From an uncultured Oscillospiraceae bacterium (lineage in GTDB: Bacteria > Bacillota > Clostridia > Christensenellales > CAG-138), in contig CAZWSI010000011.1 in assembly GCA_964636405.1 (NCBI GenBank), forward strand, positions 62 to 64,061: 64,000 bases of DNA. Reading direction: 5' to 3'. Below the pieces are notes generated by a model that worked only from the letters and a program-made list of their open reading frames with translations, made no database searches and was not told the DNA's origin. A program made the translations under genes and the position numbers. This document shows positions 18,260 through 26,985 of this stretch, piece by piece. How positions within the stretch are numbered: position 1 is the first letter of the stretch; every line of letters starts with the position of its first letter.

Positions 18260-18445
18260 ATAAAAAGAATATAGATTTCGCTTAACTGTAGTGTTTTTTC
18301 ATTACCGATTTCCTCCTTAAACCGCGTAACCGAACTACTCTGTACATTATAGTAAAGCTTTCAAGTGGATAGGGCACCATTTGAGAGGCAGTTAAGCGAA
18401 ATAGTGGAGCCGCAGATCATCCTGCGGCTCCTTATTTGTTCTCTT
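18260..18445 (+). ncRNA. Candidate small RNA (unclassified)
   Basis: Lies between the predicted promoter and a strong terminator. 14-bp perfect closing stem ATTTCGCTTAACTG (18275-18288) / CAGTTAAGCGAAAT (18389-18402). Internal UUUCCUCCUUAA anti-SD motif. No ORF of 60 aa or more. Confidence 0.3.
18406..18445. terminator. Intrinsic terminator, likely bidirectional
   Basis: 10-bp stem GGAGCCGCAG/CTGCGGCTCC with a 6-nt loop. On the plus strand it is followed by TTATTTGTTCTCTT. It also lies 27 nt past the stop of the minus-strand HAD gene. Confidence 0.65.
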
Positions 18446-18471
18446 CCGCGCGTGGAAAGGGTTCCCCCGCT

Positions 18472-19269
18472 CTATTGCAAAACCACGTGATCGATATACC
18501 AGGCTACGCCGTCGTCCCCGCAAGCCGGGATGATCGTATCGGACACGGCCTTCACAACATCCAATCCGTCGGCAACGCATACGCCGTCCCCTGCCCACTC
18601 GATCATATCCATGTCCAGATAGCTGTCTCCGATGGCGGCGACCTCCTTGCGCGGAATGCCAAGCCGCTCGGCAACGAGCGCGAGCGCGCGTCCCTTCGAG
18701 GCGGACGGGCTGTTGATTTCGATAAAGCCCGGCGAGGTCTTGGATACGCCGGCCCGCTTGCCCATATGCTCCGCAAAGGAAAGGCGCACCGGCTCCTCGC
18801 TCTCGCCCGGCGCGTAGGCAAGCACCTTGGGGACGTTTTCAAAGCTTTTATCATACAGCTCGGGGTCGATGGTCAGCGGCAGTTGGTGGCGCGCGCAGTA
18901 GCCCTCCGCAAAGGCATCCCTTTGCGCGCAAATCACCTCGTCGCCCTGATAAAGCTGCGCGTGCACGCCGATTTCACGCGCAAAGCGCATCGCGTCGCGC
19001 ACCGTCTCGGAGGCAAGGCCCTCAAAGTGCAAAAGCGCGTCGCTGCGCGTGTCTATCACAATCGCGCCGCCGTAGTTTATGACGGGGCCCCGCACCGAGA
19101 TCAGCTTCCAAATCGGGCTGCTGGACAGATATCCGCGCCCGGTGGCGATGGTCACAAACACGCCCGCCTCCTGCGCGCGCGCAATCGCTTCAAGGTTTGC
19201 GCGGCTTACATCCCGCGTGGTATTGGTCAAGGTTCCGTCGATATCCAGAGCGAGCAGGCGAATTCCCAT
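18472..19269 (-). CDS. Cof-type HAD-IIB family hydrolase (sugar-phosphatase-like)
   Basis: N-terminal LALDIDGTLTN motif and C-terminal GDSYLDMDM motif; 265 aa. Confidence 0.85.
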   Translation of the reverse strand: MGIRLLALDIDGTLTNTTRDVSRANLEAIARAQEAGVFVTIATGRGYLSSSPIWKLISVRGPVINYGGAIVIDTRSDALLHFEGLASETVRDAMRFAREIGVHAQLYQGDEVICAQRDAFAEGYCARHQLPLTIDPELYDKSFENVPKVLAYAPGESEEPVRLSFAEHMGKRAGVSKTSPGFIEINSPSASKGRALALVAERLGIPRKEVAAIGDSYLDMDMIEWAGDGVCVADGLDVVKAVSDTIIPACGDDGVAWYIDHVVLQ

Positions 19270-19284
19270 AGCTGTCCTATTCTC

Positions 19285-20526
19285 CTAGCGTATTTGACCG
19301 CTGCCGCGGATGACATATTTGTAGCTGGTAAGCGCGTCGAGCCCCATGGGGCCGCGCGCGTGCAGCTTCTGCGTGCTGATGCCGATTTCGGCGCCAAAGC
19401 CGAATTCCTCGCCGTCCGTAAAACGCGTGGAGGCGTTCACATAGACCGCCGCCGAATCCACCTCCGAGAGGAAGCGCTCCGAATTGGCGTAATCGCTCGT
19501 GACGATCGTTTCGCTGTGGTGCGTGCCATAGCGGTTGATGTGCGCGATGGCGTCCTCAAGCGAATCCACTACCTTGACGGAGAGGATATAATCGTCGTAT
19601 TCCGTCGCCCAATCGGCCTCGGATGCCTCCAGAGCGCCCGGCATAAGGGGCATGGCGCGCGGGCAGCAGCGCAGCTCCACGTTCTTTTCGGCAAGCCGCG
19701 CGGCGATAACCGGCAGCGTGCGCGCCGCAGCCGCGGCATGCATGAGCAGCGTTTCCAGGGCATTGCACACGGAGGGCCGTGAGCACTTGGCATTGAACAC
19801 AATATTGGCCGCCATGGACGTGTCGGCGGACGCGTCTACATAGGTATGGCACACGCCCGCGCCCGTTTCGATTACGGGCACGCTGGCCGTTTCCACCACG
19901 GAGCGGATGAGCCCCGCGCCGCCGCGCGGAATGAGCGCGTCGATTCGCCCGTTTTGCCGCATAAGCTCCGCCGCGCTTTCGCGGCTTGCGTCGGAAATAA
20001 ATTGGATGGCGTCCGCCGGATATCCAGCCCTGGACGCGGCGCGCACAAGGCAGGCCGCAATCGCGCCGTTGCTGCGGAGCGCGTCGGAGCCGCCGCGCAC
20101 CACGCAGCAGTTGGCAGTTTTTACGCAAATGCCGATCGCATCGGAGGTCACGTTCGGCCGCGCCTCGTAAATGATGCCCACTACGCCCAGCGGCACCCTA
20201 CGTTTTTCGATCATAAGGCCGTTGGGGCGGCGCGTAACCAAGTCCGCGTTGCCGATGGGATCGGGGAGCGCCGCAAGCTGGCGCAACCCGCCCGCCATGC
20301 CCGCAATGCGCTCTTTGGTGAGGCGCAGCCGGTCAAGATACGCCTCCGCACGCCCGGAAGCCGCCGCGGCGGCCACATCCTCCGCGTTGACGGCAAGAAT
20401 ATCGGAGGAGGCCGCAATAAGCGCGTCGGCCATGGCACAAAGCGCGTTGTTTCTTGTCGCCGTCCCCACTGTGGGCATTTGATAGGACACGGCCCTGGCG
20501 GCGGCCGCCTGCTCGCTTACGCGCAT
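19285..20526 (-). CDS. proA: Glutamate-5-semialdehyde dehydrogenase (gamma-glutamyl phosphate reductase)
   Basis: ORF 19285..20931. Start at ATG 20526 (MRVSEQAAAARAV). ProA-like sequence throughout (RGGSDALRSN, HYGTHHSETIVT, NASTRFTDGEEFG). Confidence 0.9.
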   Translation of the reverse strand: MRVSEQAAAARAVSYQMPTVGTATRNNALCAMADALIAASSDILAVNAEDVAAAAASGRAEAYLDRLRLTKERIAGMAGGLRQLAALPDPIGNADLVTRRPNGLMIEKRRVPLGVVGIIYEARPNVTSDAIGICVKTANCCVVRGGSDALRSNGAIAACLVRAASRAGYPADAIQFISDASRESAAELMRQNGRIDALIPRGGAGLIRSVVETASVPVIETGAGVCHTYVDASADTSMAANIVFNAKCSRPSVCNALETLLMHAAAAARTLPVIAARLAEKNVELRCCPRAMPLMPGALEASEADWATEYDDYILSVKVVDSLEDAIAHINRYGTHHSETIVTSDYANSERFLSEVDSAAVYVNASTRFTDGEEFGFGAEIGISTQKLHARGPMGLDALTSYKYVIRGSGQIR

Positions 20527-20611
20527 AGTCGGAATTCTCCCATAAAACGAATTTCGGTCATTATAACGTAGTTTTTGAAAACTGTACAGCAAGGATTTGC
20601 ATAAACCGCGC

Positions 20612-21679
20612 TTATCCGCAATACGCCTTGTCCACATAGGCGCTCGTGCTCGCGCGCAGCAGCGCGCCGTAGCTTGGCGTAAAGTCCAGCGTGTCCCCCA
20701 CTTCGTACGCCGGAGCGGCGGAAAGATCGACGAGCAGATGATCGCTCGACGCGCCCAGTATGCGCACGCGACTATCGCGCGGGGTAAGGCCGCTTTCGTC
20801 CACATCCTGCCGGCCGACGGCCAATATGCCGCGCCGCATCTCACCCGTGTCGATGAAGCTCGGCCGCTCGCCAAAGGCGTTCGCGCCCATAACGCCGATG
20901 GGCATGGAAGGCTTAAGCTGCACCTCGACAAGCCGCGCGGAAAGAGTGAACACGTCCGTAAACAGGCCCGGCAGAGGCGCGCAGGCGGCCGTATCGCGCC
21001 CCAGCAGAATGGATTCGCCCAAGCGGAGGTTCGTAATCCCGCGCGGCATGCGGCCAGAGCGCATCAGGCCAAGCGAGGAGGAATTTCCGCCCGAAACAAA
21101 CGGCAGGGACAGATTGCAGCGTTTGCGCAGCGCGTCGGCGATGCGCGCAAGCTCGCCGAGGTTTTGTTCGTCCGGCAAAATCGCGCCATAGCAGGTCAGG
21201 TTGGCTCCCACGCCCACAAGCTCCAGCGCGCGCTCTGCGCAAGCCGCATCGGCCGCCTTGGCGATACCCGCCCAATCACGATAAAACACGCCCTCGCGCA
21301 GATCGCCAAGATCGATCAGAAGCGCCACGCGGTGCAATACGCCCGCTTCTCGCGCAGCCGCGCCAAGGGCACGGAGCGTATCGACTTCGCTTTGCAGGCT
21401 CATTTCGCAATTTCGTACGACCTCCCCCGCCTCCCGCGGGTCGCTTATGCGGAGCAAAAGACGCGGTTTTTGACGCGGGAGCCGCATGAGATTTTGCAAT
21501 CGTGAATCCGCAAGCTGTGAAACGCCGCTTTGTGCAAAAATCTGCGCGAGGCGCGCATCGGCGCAAACCGCCTTGGTTACGGCGGATACGGAAACGCCGC
21601 GCGCGGCGCAGAGCGCCGCCAACGTATCGAGATTGTGCCGAAGCTTCGAACAATCAGCGGTCAGAAGCGGATAGGCCAT
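20612..21679 (-). CDS. Fold-type III PLP enzyme, alanine/ornithine-racemase-like (COG3457 type)
   Basis: 355 aa. Putative PLP-lysine context VSAVTKAVCAD. GGAGGG SD. Overlaps the upstream gene by 26 nt. Confidence 0.7.
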   Translation of the reverse strand: MAYPLLTADCSKLRHNLDTLAALCAARGVSVSAVTKAVCADARLAQIFAQSGVSQLADSRLQNLMRLPRQKPRLLLRISDPREAGEVVRNCEMSLQSEVDTLRALGAAAREAGVLHRVALLIDLGDLREGVFYRDWAGIAKAADAACAERALELVGVGANLTCYGAILPDEQNLGELARIADALRKRCNLSLPFVSGGNSSSLGLMRSGRMPRGITNLRLGESILLGRDTAACAPLPGLFTDVFTLSARLVEVQLKPSMPIGVMGANAFGERPSFIDTGEMRRGILAVGRQDVDESGLTPRDSRVRILGASSDHLLVDLSAAPAYEVGDTLDFTPSYGALLRASTSAYVDKAYCG

Positions 21680-23054
21680 TGGGTCCCTCCAAACTTTCCA
21701 TCAGCAGCGCGCGCGCCGCCTCCGGGTAACGCTGCTTGAGCACGCCAAGCGAAGCCATGATATAGCGGCTGTCAAAGAGGAGCCGCGCCGCGCCGGGCTT
21801 GGGGAAAAGCATACTTCCGCCGGAAGGCACGCGCGAGCTGCCGCCGCAATCCGCAAGCGAGCGCAAAAGAGCGCGCCTGCCCGGAAGCCTTGTGAGCGCG
21901 CCACCCGTGCCAATCAAGGCTTTGACGGAGGAAAGATCCTTGCCCTCCGCGACGGCCTGACGCCCCGCGGGCGTATACACATAGCGGAGCGTGCCCGCAT
22001 GGCGGCCCAGCGCCGCAAGCCCCGCTTCAAGGCAAAGCCGCTCGCACAGCGCGATATGTCCGGGCGTTTGCGGGATGGGCGGGAGCATGTCAAGCAGCGC
22101 GTCCGCGTCCACACCCAGTTCGGACGATAGCGTGTCCATGCCGATGCGGGCGGCTACGTTTCGCGCGTTTACGTACAGGCCCAAATCGCCCTCCACCGTG
22201 CGCTTGGCAAAGGGCTCGGGCCGCGTTTGCAGCTTGGCAAGCTCCGGCGTGCCGGCCGCGACCGAATGCACATCCGTCGTAGCGCCGCCTATGTCGAGCA
22301 CGACCAGATCGCCTATCGCTTCGTGCAGCAGCAGCGCCGCTTCCATGCAAGCGCCCGGCGTTGGCAAAATCGGCCCGTTTACAAGCTCCCGCACGCGCTC
22401 CATGCCGGGCGCGCGCACGATATGCTCCTCAAACACGCGGTGAATAATACGGCGGCAGGGCTCAATGTTCAGCTCGTCCAGCCTTGGATACACGTTCTCC
22501 GCGCAATAGACGGTTATGCCCGCCGCTTCCAGCGTTTCGCGCACGGCCCCCCGGTTTTGCACGTTGCCCGCATAGATGACCGGTGCGCGCAGGCCGCTTT
22601 CCGCAAGGCGTTCCGCGTTATAGAGCGCGGTTTCCCGCTCGCCATAGTCCGTGCCGCCCGCAAGCAGGATGAGATTGGGCGAAACAGCGCGCTCCGCGCG
22701 CAACTCCGCATCGGTAAGCCTGCCCGCCGTGGCCAGCCGCAGCACGGCCCCCGCCCCGAGCGCCGCCTCCTCGGCCGCGCGCACGGTCATATCGTACACA
22801 AGGCCGTGCACGCACATTTTGAGTCCGCCCGCCGCGCTTGACGAGGCGAACATCTCGTCGTACACAAGCTCCTCCGCGCCAAGGGACACGCGCAGCGCTT
22901 CTGTCGCGGCGCGCAACCCAATGCATACATCGCCCTCCGCTACGCTCGTCGGCGCGCAGCCCTGCCCGACAAAGCGCGGCGCGCCGCGCACCGTAAAGGC
23001 GTTTACGAGCGTGGTCGTCGAGCCAATTTCGGCAACAAGCACATCCGCCTTCAC
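21654..23054 (-). CDS. GlmL/MutL-like ASKHA-fold ATPase (glutamate-mutase accessory component family)
   Basis: 466 aa. ASKHA phosphate motifs AEIGSTTTLVNAF and LDIGGATTDVHSV. GTG start forms a GTGA overlap with the upstream stop. Confidence 0.7.
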   Translation of the reverse strand: MKADVLVAEIGSTTTLVNAFTVRGAPRFVGQGCAPTSVAEGDVCIGLRAATEALRVSLGAEELVYDEMFASSSAAGGLKMCVHGLVYDMTVRAAEEAALGAGAVLRLATAGRLTDAELRAERAVSPNLILLAGGTDYGERETALYNAERLAESGLRAPVIYAGNVQNRGAVRETLEAAGITVYCAENVYPRLDELNIEPCRRIIHRVFEEHIVRAPGMERVRELVNGPILPTPGACMEAALLLHEAIGDLVVLDIGGATTDVHSVAAGTPELAKLQTRPEPFAKRTVEGDLGLYVNARNVAARIGMDTLSSELGVDADALLDMLPPIPQTPGHIALCERLCLEAGLAALGRHAGTLRYVYTPAGRQAVAEGKDLSSVKALIGTGGALTRLPGRRALLRSLADCGGSSRVPSGGSMLFPKPGAARLLFDSRYIMASLGVLKQRYPEAARALLMESLEGPNGLSASDR

Positions 23055-24328
23055 AAGCCCAGCTCCACACCCCCGCAGGGCCGTATGCGCAGCGGATAGC
23101 AGCAGTCCTTGCCAAACACGCGCGCCATCTCCGCACAGTAGTCCGCCTGCCGGGCATCCGGCATCAGCGCAAGGATGGTGCCCGCAAAGCCGCCGCCATG
23201 CACACGCCAGGCGCAGCTTTCATCCAGTATGCGGGCCGTAAGCGCAAGCGCAAGCGCGAGGCTCCGCTCCTTAGCGGCGGTGGGGCAAACATTTTGCAGC
23301 AGCATAAAGGAGGATTCGCCCGAGGCGCGCATATGGAAAGCAAAGCGACGCATATCGCCCGCTTGCAGAGCGCTGATCATATCCGCCACCCGCGCATCCT
23401 CATCAAAAAAATGCATGGCGCGCAGAATCGCCCGGTCTGTGCAGCAGGCGCGCAGCTTGGGCAGCGCGTCATAGAACGCGCCTTGCTCCACCTCGCGCAG
23501 ATATTGCTTCCCAAAATAGGCCGCGACCGTATGCATTTCGGCGGGAATCGCGGCATATTCGTCCGTAAGTCCCGCGTGACTCCCGCCCGGATTAACAATG
23601 ACAAGCCCATAGCCCAGCGCGCCCACATCCAGCGGAATGCGCGTAACCAGCGGCCGCGCAGGATCGGCAAAATCCAGCGCCGCAAATCCGCCCGTCGCCG
23701 AGGCGAGCTGATCGAGCAGACCGCTGGGCTTGCCGAAGAATTCGTTTTCCGCAATTTGTCCGGCGGCGGCCAGCTCGGAGGGCTGCACGCGGCCCTCGTT
23801 ATACAGGCCGGAAAGAATTGCACCCACAAGCACCGAGAACGCTGCGGAGGAGGATAGCCCCGAGCCGCGCGGCACGTTCGATTGGAGCGTGGCGCAAAAG
23901 CCCCCCACGCGATAGCCTCGCTTAAGGAGCGCGCTTGCCACGCCGCGCACAAGCGAGGCGGAGCAGCCCTTTTCCTCCGGCACAGGCGTGAGGCAGGAGA
24001 GATCCACACGAAAGGGCGCAAAGCCCGCGCTCTTGATGGTGATGCCGTTCTCCGCCACGGGTGAGACGGCGGCCACAATATCCAGAGAGGTGGAGGCGGC
24101 CAGCACGCGGCCGTGCTGATGATCCGTATGGTTGCCCGCAATTTCGCTTCTCCCCGGCGCGGAAAACACGCGTATGTCCCCCGCTTCTGGGAACGCGGCG
24201 CAATGCAGATATAAAAGCGAACGGATACGCCGCTTTTCTCTGCGCGTGTTATCGGCGCCGTAGAGCGCAGCAAGCCCCTCATCCGGCTGTTCGGAGTGAA
24301 GCCACTCCTTCCATTGCTGCATTCTCAT
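23051..24328 (-). CDS. Galactokinase-family GHMP kinase
   Basis: Galactokinase signature APGRSEIAGNHTDH, GHMP motif PRGSGLSSSAA, C-terminal HGGGFAGT. Confidence 0.8.
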   Translation of the reverse strand: MRMQQWKEWLHSEQPDEGLAALYGADNTRREKRRIRSLLYLHCAAFPEAGDIRVFSAPGRSEIAGNHTDHQHGRVLAASTSLDIVAAVSPVAENGITIKSAGFAPFRVDLSCLTPVPEEKGCSASLVRGVASALLKRGYRVGGFCATLQSNVPRGSGLSSSAAFSVLVGAILSGLYNEGRVQPSELAAAGQIAENEFFGKPSGLLDQLASATGGFAALDFADPARPLVTRIPLDVGALGYGLVIVNPGGSHAGLTDEYAAIPAEMHTVAAYFGKQYLREVEQGAFYDALPKLRACCTDRAILRAMHFFDEDARVADMISALQAGDMRRFAFHMRASGESSFMLLQNVCPTAAKERSLALALALTARILDESCAWRVHGGGFAGTILALMPDARQADYCAEMARVFGKDCCYPLRIRPCGGVELGL

Positions 24329-24340
24329 GCAGATTCCTCC

Positions 24341-25504
24341 TTAAAAAAGCGATAACAGCCAGGCCGTTCCAATGCCCAAATAATTCCCGATCGCATACCC
24401 AATGATGCCGCAAATCAGGCCCGGCAAAATGACCGCGTCGTTTTTGAGCGCGTTTGCGGTGGGCACGATGAACGCAGGGCCATAGATTCCCGCCGTGGAG
24501 GTGATGACCGCAGTCGCGCCGTCGATGCGGAACAGCCTGGACAGCAGCAGATGCACGACAACCGCGCCGAACTGCGAGAGCGCAAACATGGCGAGCAGGA
24601 GCAGCATATCGGGCTGAATCCGCGTGATGTCAAACGAGATGCCGATGCCGAAGGAGAACATATAAATCAGGTACTGCCCCGCCGCGTACGAGCCCGGCGC
24701 CTCGCGCACCTTGCGGATGAAGGAAAGGCCGATCCCGCAGCTTGTGACCACCAGCATGATGACCGCCACATTCATTTCGCCCGTCAGCAGCAGCGCGCTC
24801 CCCGCAGCGACGGCCAGACACAGGGCGGCAAGCAGCACAATGGGCGCGCGGGCAAGCAGCGCGCGGAAGGAAAAGCGCATCTTCTCCGGCACATAGGCGG
24901 CCCGGAGGCTATCCGCCTCCTTTTGCAGCGCCGCGTCCCCTGACGGCTTTCCCGAGCCGGTTTTATTGGGCAAAAAACGGTTTATAAACCGGGGCGCGAC
25001 GGAGATAAGAAGCAAGAAGTATATGCCGCCCACAACAAAGTCCACGGTGTTTGCCAATACGATATTGGACTGATCCACGCCCAGCGCGAGGCCGATGGCC
25101 ATTAAATTTGGCGTTCCGCCGGTATACAGGCCGATGATCATGCCCGCATACTTATGCGCGTCGGGTATTACCGCGCGAAACGCGAAAAACGCGATGCAGG
25201 CGACCGAAAACACAGACAGGCATACGAGCGCAAACGAGATCAGCGCGGGCTTGGCGAGCCTTCTGGCCGAGGCAAGGTCCGCCGAAAAAAGGATGAGCGG
25301 GATGGCGACGGGCACAAGGATTTCCGCGATGCTCATGGCAATGCCCGTCTCCGGCAGCACAAGGCTGAGCAGAAAGCCTGTTCCATAGCACAAAAACACG
25401 GGGCCAAGCAAATTGCAAAATTTAAAACGACTCGAAAGCAAAACCATAAGCCGGGGGCCAAAGAGCATAACAAGCACAATCACGGCGGAACACAGCGGCT
25501 TCAT
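24341..25504 (-). CDS. Polytopic membrane protein / putative transporter (possibly DUF819/YjcL-like)
   Basis: ORF 24341..25522. Start at ATG 25504 with GGGAG SD. About 10 or more hydrophobic segments. The family call is tentative. Confidence 0.65.
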   Translation of the reverse strand: MKPLCSAVIVLVMLFGPRLMVLLSSRFKFCNLLGPVFLCYGTGFLLSLVLPETGIAMSIAEILVPVAIPLILFSADLASARRLAKPALISFALVCLSVFSVACIAFFAFRAVIPDAHKYAGMIIGLYTGGTPNLMAIGLALGVDQSNIVLANTVDFVVGGIYFLLLISVAPRFINRFLPNKTGSGKPSGDAALQKEADSLRAAYVPEKMRFSFRALLARAPIVLLAALCLAVAAGSALLLTGEMNVAVIMLVVTSCGIGLSFIRKVREAPGSYAAGQYLIYMFSFGIGISFDITRIQPDMLLLLAMFALSQFGAVVVHLLLSRLFRIDGATAVITSTAGIYGPAFIVPTANALKNDAVILPGLICGIIGYAIGNYLGIGTAWLLSLF

Positions 25505-25657
25505 TGCATACTCCCTATTCAAGCGGTTTCCATCATTTTAATCTATCGCGGTTCGATTTGCAATGCTCGCTCATTCCGTTTCGCTTCCGTTCATATGAAG
25601 TTCTCTGTTGTGTATTGGCCCCAAAACAGCTATGATACGGAAGATGAGGTGAAGAAA

Positions 25658-26326
25658 ATGAAGAAAACGGCTGCGCTGATCTATCGAACCCTTCTCGTGC
25701 TCGGCTGCGCATATGGCCTTTTTTGCAATCTTTTTAGCCGCGGCCGATTCACCCCAAGCATTTTGGCCTATTATACCCTGCAAAGCAACATCGTCTGCCT
25801 GCTCTTTTTTCTGTTTTTGATCGTTGCGCAGCTTGCAAAATGGCAGCGCGCGCTATCTGGCCGCCTTTGCGCGACCGTAAAGTGCGCTTGCACCATGTGC
25901 ATTCTCGTTACGGGTCTCGTATTCCACTTTGTGCTCAGCCCGCAAATGGCGCCGGGCTCGCTTTGGGGAAACGTTTTCTATCCGGCAAACTTTTTTGTGC
26001 ATACCTTTACGCCCGCGTTCGTGCTGCTTGATTATTTTCTTTTCGACGCGAAGGGGCGGACGCGCTTTACCGACCCGCTTCTCTGGATGAGCATCCCCTA
26101 TGCCTATCTGTTGTTCGTATACGTATATAAGCTCCTGGGCGGGCGCTTTGCCGCTGCCGGAAACGTGCCCTATTTTTTCCTCGATACGCAGCAATACGGC
26201 GTTGGCGGCGTTATATTGTGGCTTGCGGGCATTACGATTGTGATCGTGGGGCTATGGATGCTCTTTGTGCTGCTTGATCATGCGCTCGGCCGCCGCAGCG
26301 CGAAAAGGGCGGGCTGCTCAATCTGA
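25658..26326 (+). CDS. Integral membrane protein, family uncertain
   Basis: In-frame part of ORF 25154..26326. ATG 25658 (MKKTAALIY) with GAGGTG SD and a TTGTGT-17-TATGAT promoter upstream. 5-6 hydrophobic helices. Confidence 0.6.
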   Translation: MKKTAALIYRTLLVLGCAYGLFCNLFSRGRFTPSILAYYTLQSNIVCLLFFLFLIVAQLAKWQRALSGRLCATVKCACTMCILVTGLVFHFVLSPQMAPGSLWGNVFYPANFFVHTFTPAFVLLDYFLFDAKGRTRFTDPLLWMSIPYAYLLFVYVYKLLGGRFAAAGNVPYFFLDTQQYGVGGVILWLAGITIVIVGLWMLFVLLDHALGRRSAKRAGCSI

Positions 26327-26914
26327 CGCGGCCGCAAAGGCGCCGATGCCCTGATAGACCGTTTTTTCGACAATTGTCGCAATCTGGGCGGGCGTTTCCT
26401 TCATGCCGCTCTGCATCCACCGCTGCACAACGCCGATGCTGCCCGTAACGGAAAAGGTATAAAGATAGTCCAGCGTTTCCTCGCCGCATTGGCCAGTGCG
26501 GTCCGACCATTCCCGGGCAAACACCGCGCGCGCCTCCTGGATAACGCGGCTCACAAACGAGCTGTTCGCCTTGCCGCTGAGCAAAATCCGGCAAAGCTCC
26601 GCGTTTTGCCGAATAAACTCCATCAGCTCCAGCACCACGCTGTAGGTAACGGAGGCGGCGTTTTTCGCGCTCTCCCCCTTGGGCTGGTTCAGCGCGCGCA
26701 TGATTTCCTCCACCAAATCGTCCTCGATCCGCTGCATGAGATCGTAGGGGTCACGGTAATAGGCATAGAACGTACCCCGGTTTATATCCGCGCGATCGCA
26801 AATCTCCTTGACTGTAATCTGATTAAGGGGCTTTGCCGCAAGCAGCTCAAGCAGGCTCTGCCGGATCACCTGATGGCTGTAGCGCACACGCCGGTCACCC
26901 CTGCGCTTTTCCAT
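26318..26914 (-). CDS. TetR/AcrR-family transcriptional regulator
   Basis: N-terminal HTH TVKEICDRADINRGTFYAYY. Start at ATG 26914 with GAGGGTG SD. Confidence 0.85.
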   Translation of the reverse strand: MEKRRGDRRVRYSHQVIRQSLLELLAAKPLNQITVKEICDRADINRGTFYAYYRDPYDLMQRIEDDLVEEIMRALNQPKGESAKNAASVTYSVVLELMEFIRQNAELCRILLSGKANSSFVSRVIQEARAVFAREWSDRTGQCGEETLDYLYTFSVTGSIGVVQRWMQSGMKETPAQIATIVEKTVYQGIGAFAAASD

Positions 26915-26985
26915 ACAATTCACCCTCTACGCATTCTGTTTTGCCGCACATGGCGGCAATACGCACGTTTGTTCACGCACATCCG

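Noticed and set aside
18282-18302. Six-codon minus-strand ORF (MKKHYS) with a near-perfect SD, considered as a regulatory leader peptide.
   Set aside because: No gene lies downstream on that strand for it to regulate; it runs antisense into the end of the radical SAM gene. It is kept only as an alternative reading inside the sRNA finding.
18275-18402. The 14-bp inverted repeats flanking a 100-bp segment with a TATAAT and an SD could define an invertible promoter switch (inverton).
   Set aside because: There is no recombinase nearby, and in either orientation the promoter would face only the 3' ends of convergent genes. An RNA stem or sRNA interpretation is more economical.
19285-20931. N-terminal extensions suggested by the ORF track. 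Examples: proA to 20931, valS to 4062, DUF885 to 6519, htrA to 32184, acpS to 40935, the 25154 start of the membrane protein, and 37110/38311 for the amidohydrolase and alr.
   Set aside because: The extensions overlap neighbouring genes or leaders, lack SDs and have atypical composition. Internal ATGs with good SDs coincide with the N-termini expected for each family.
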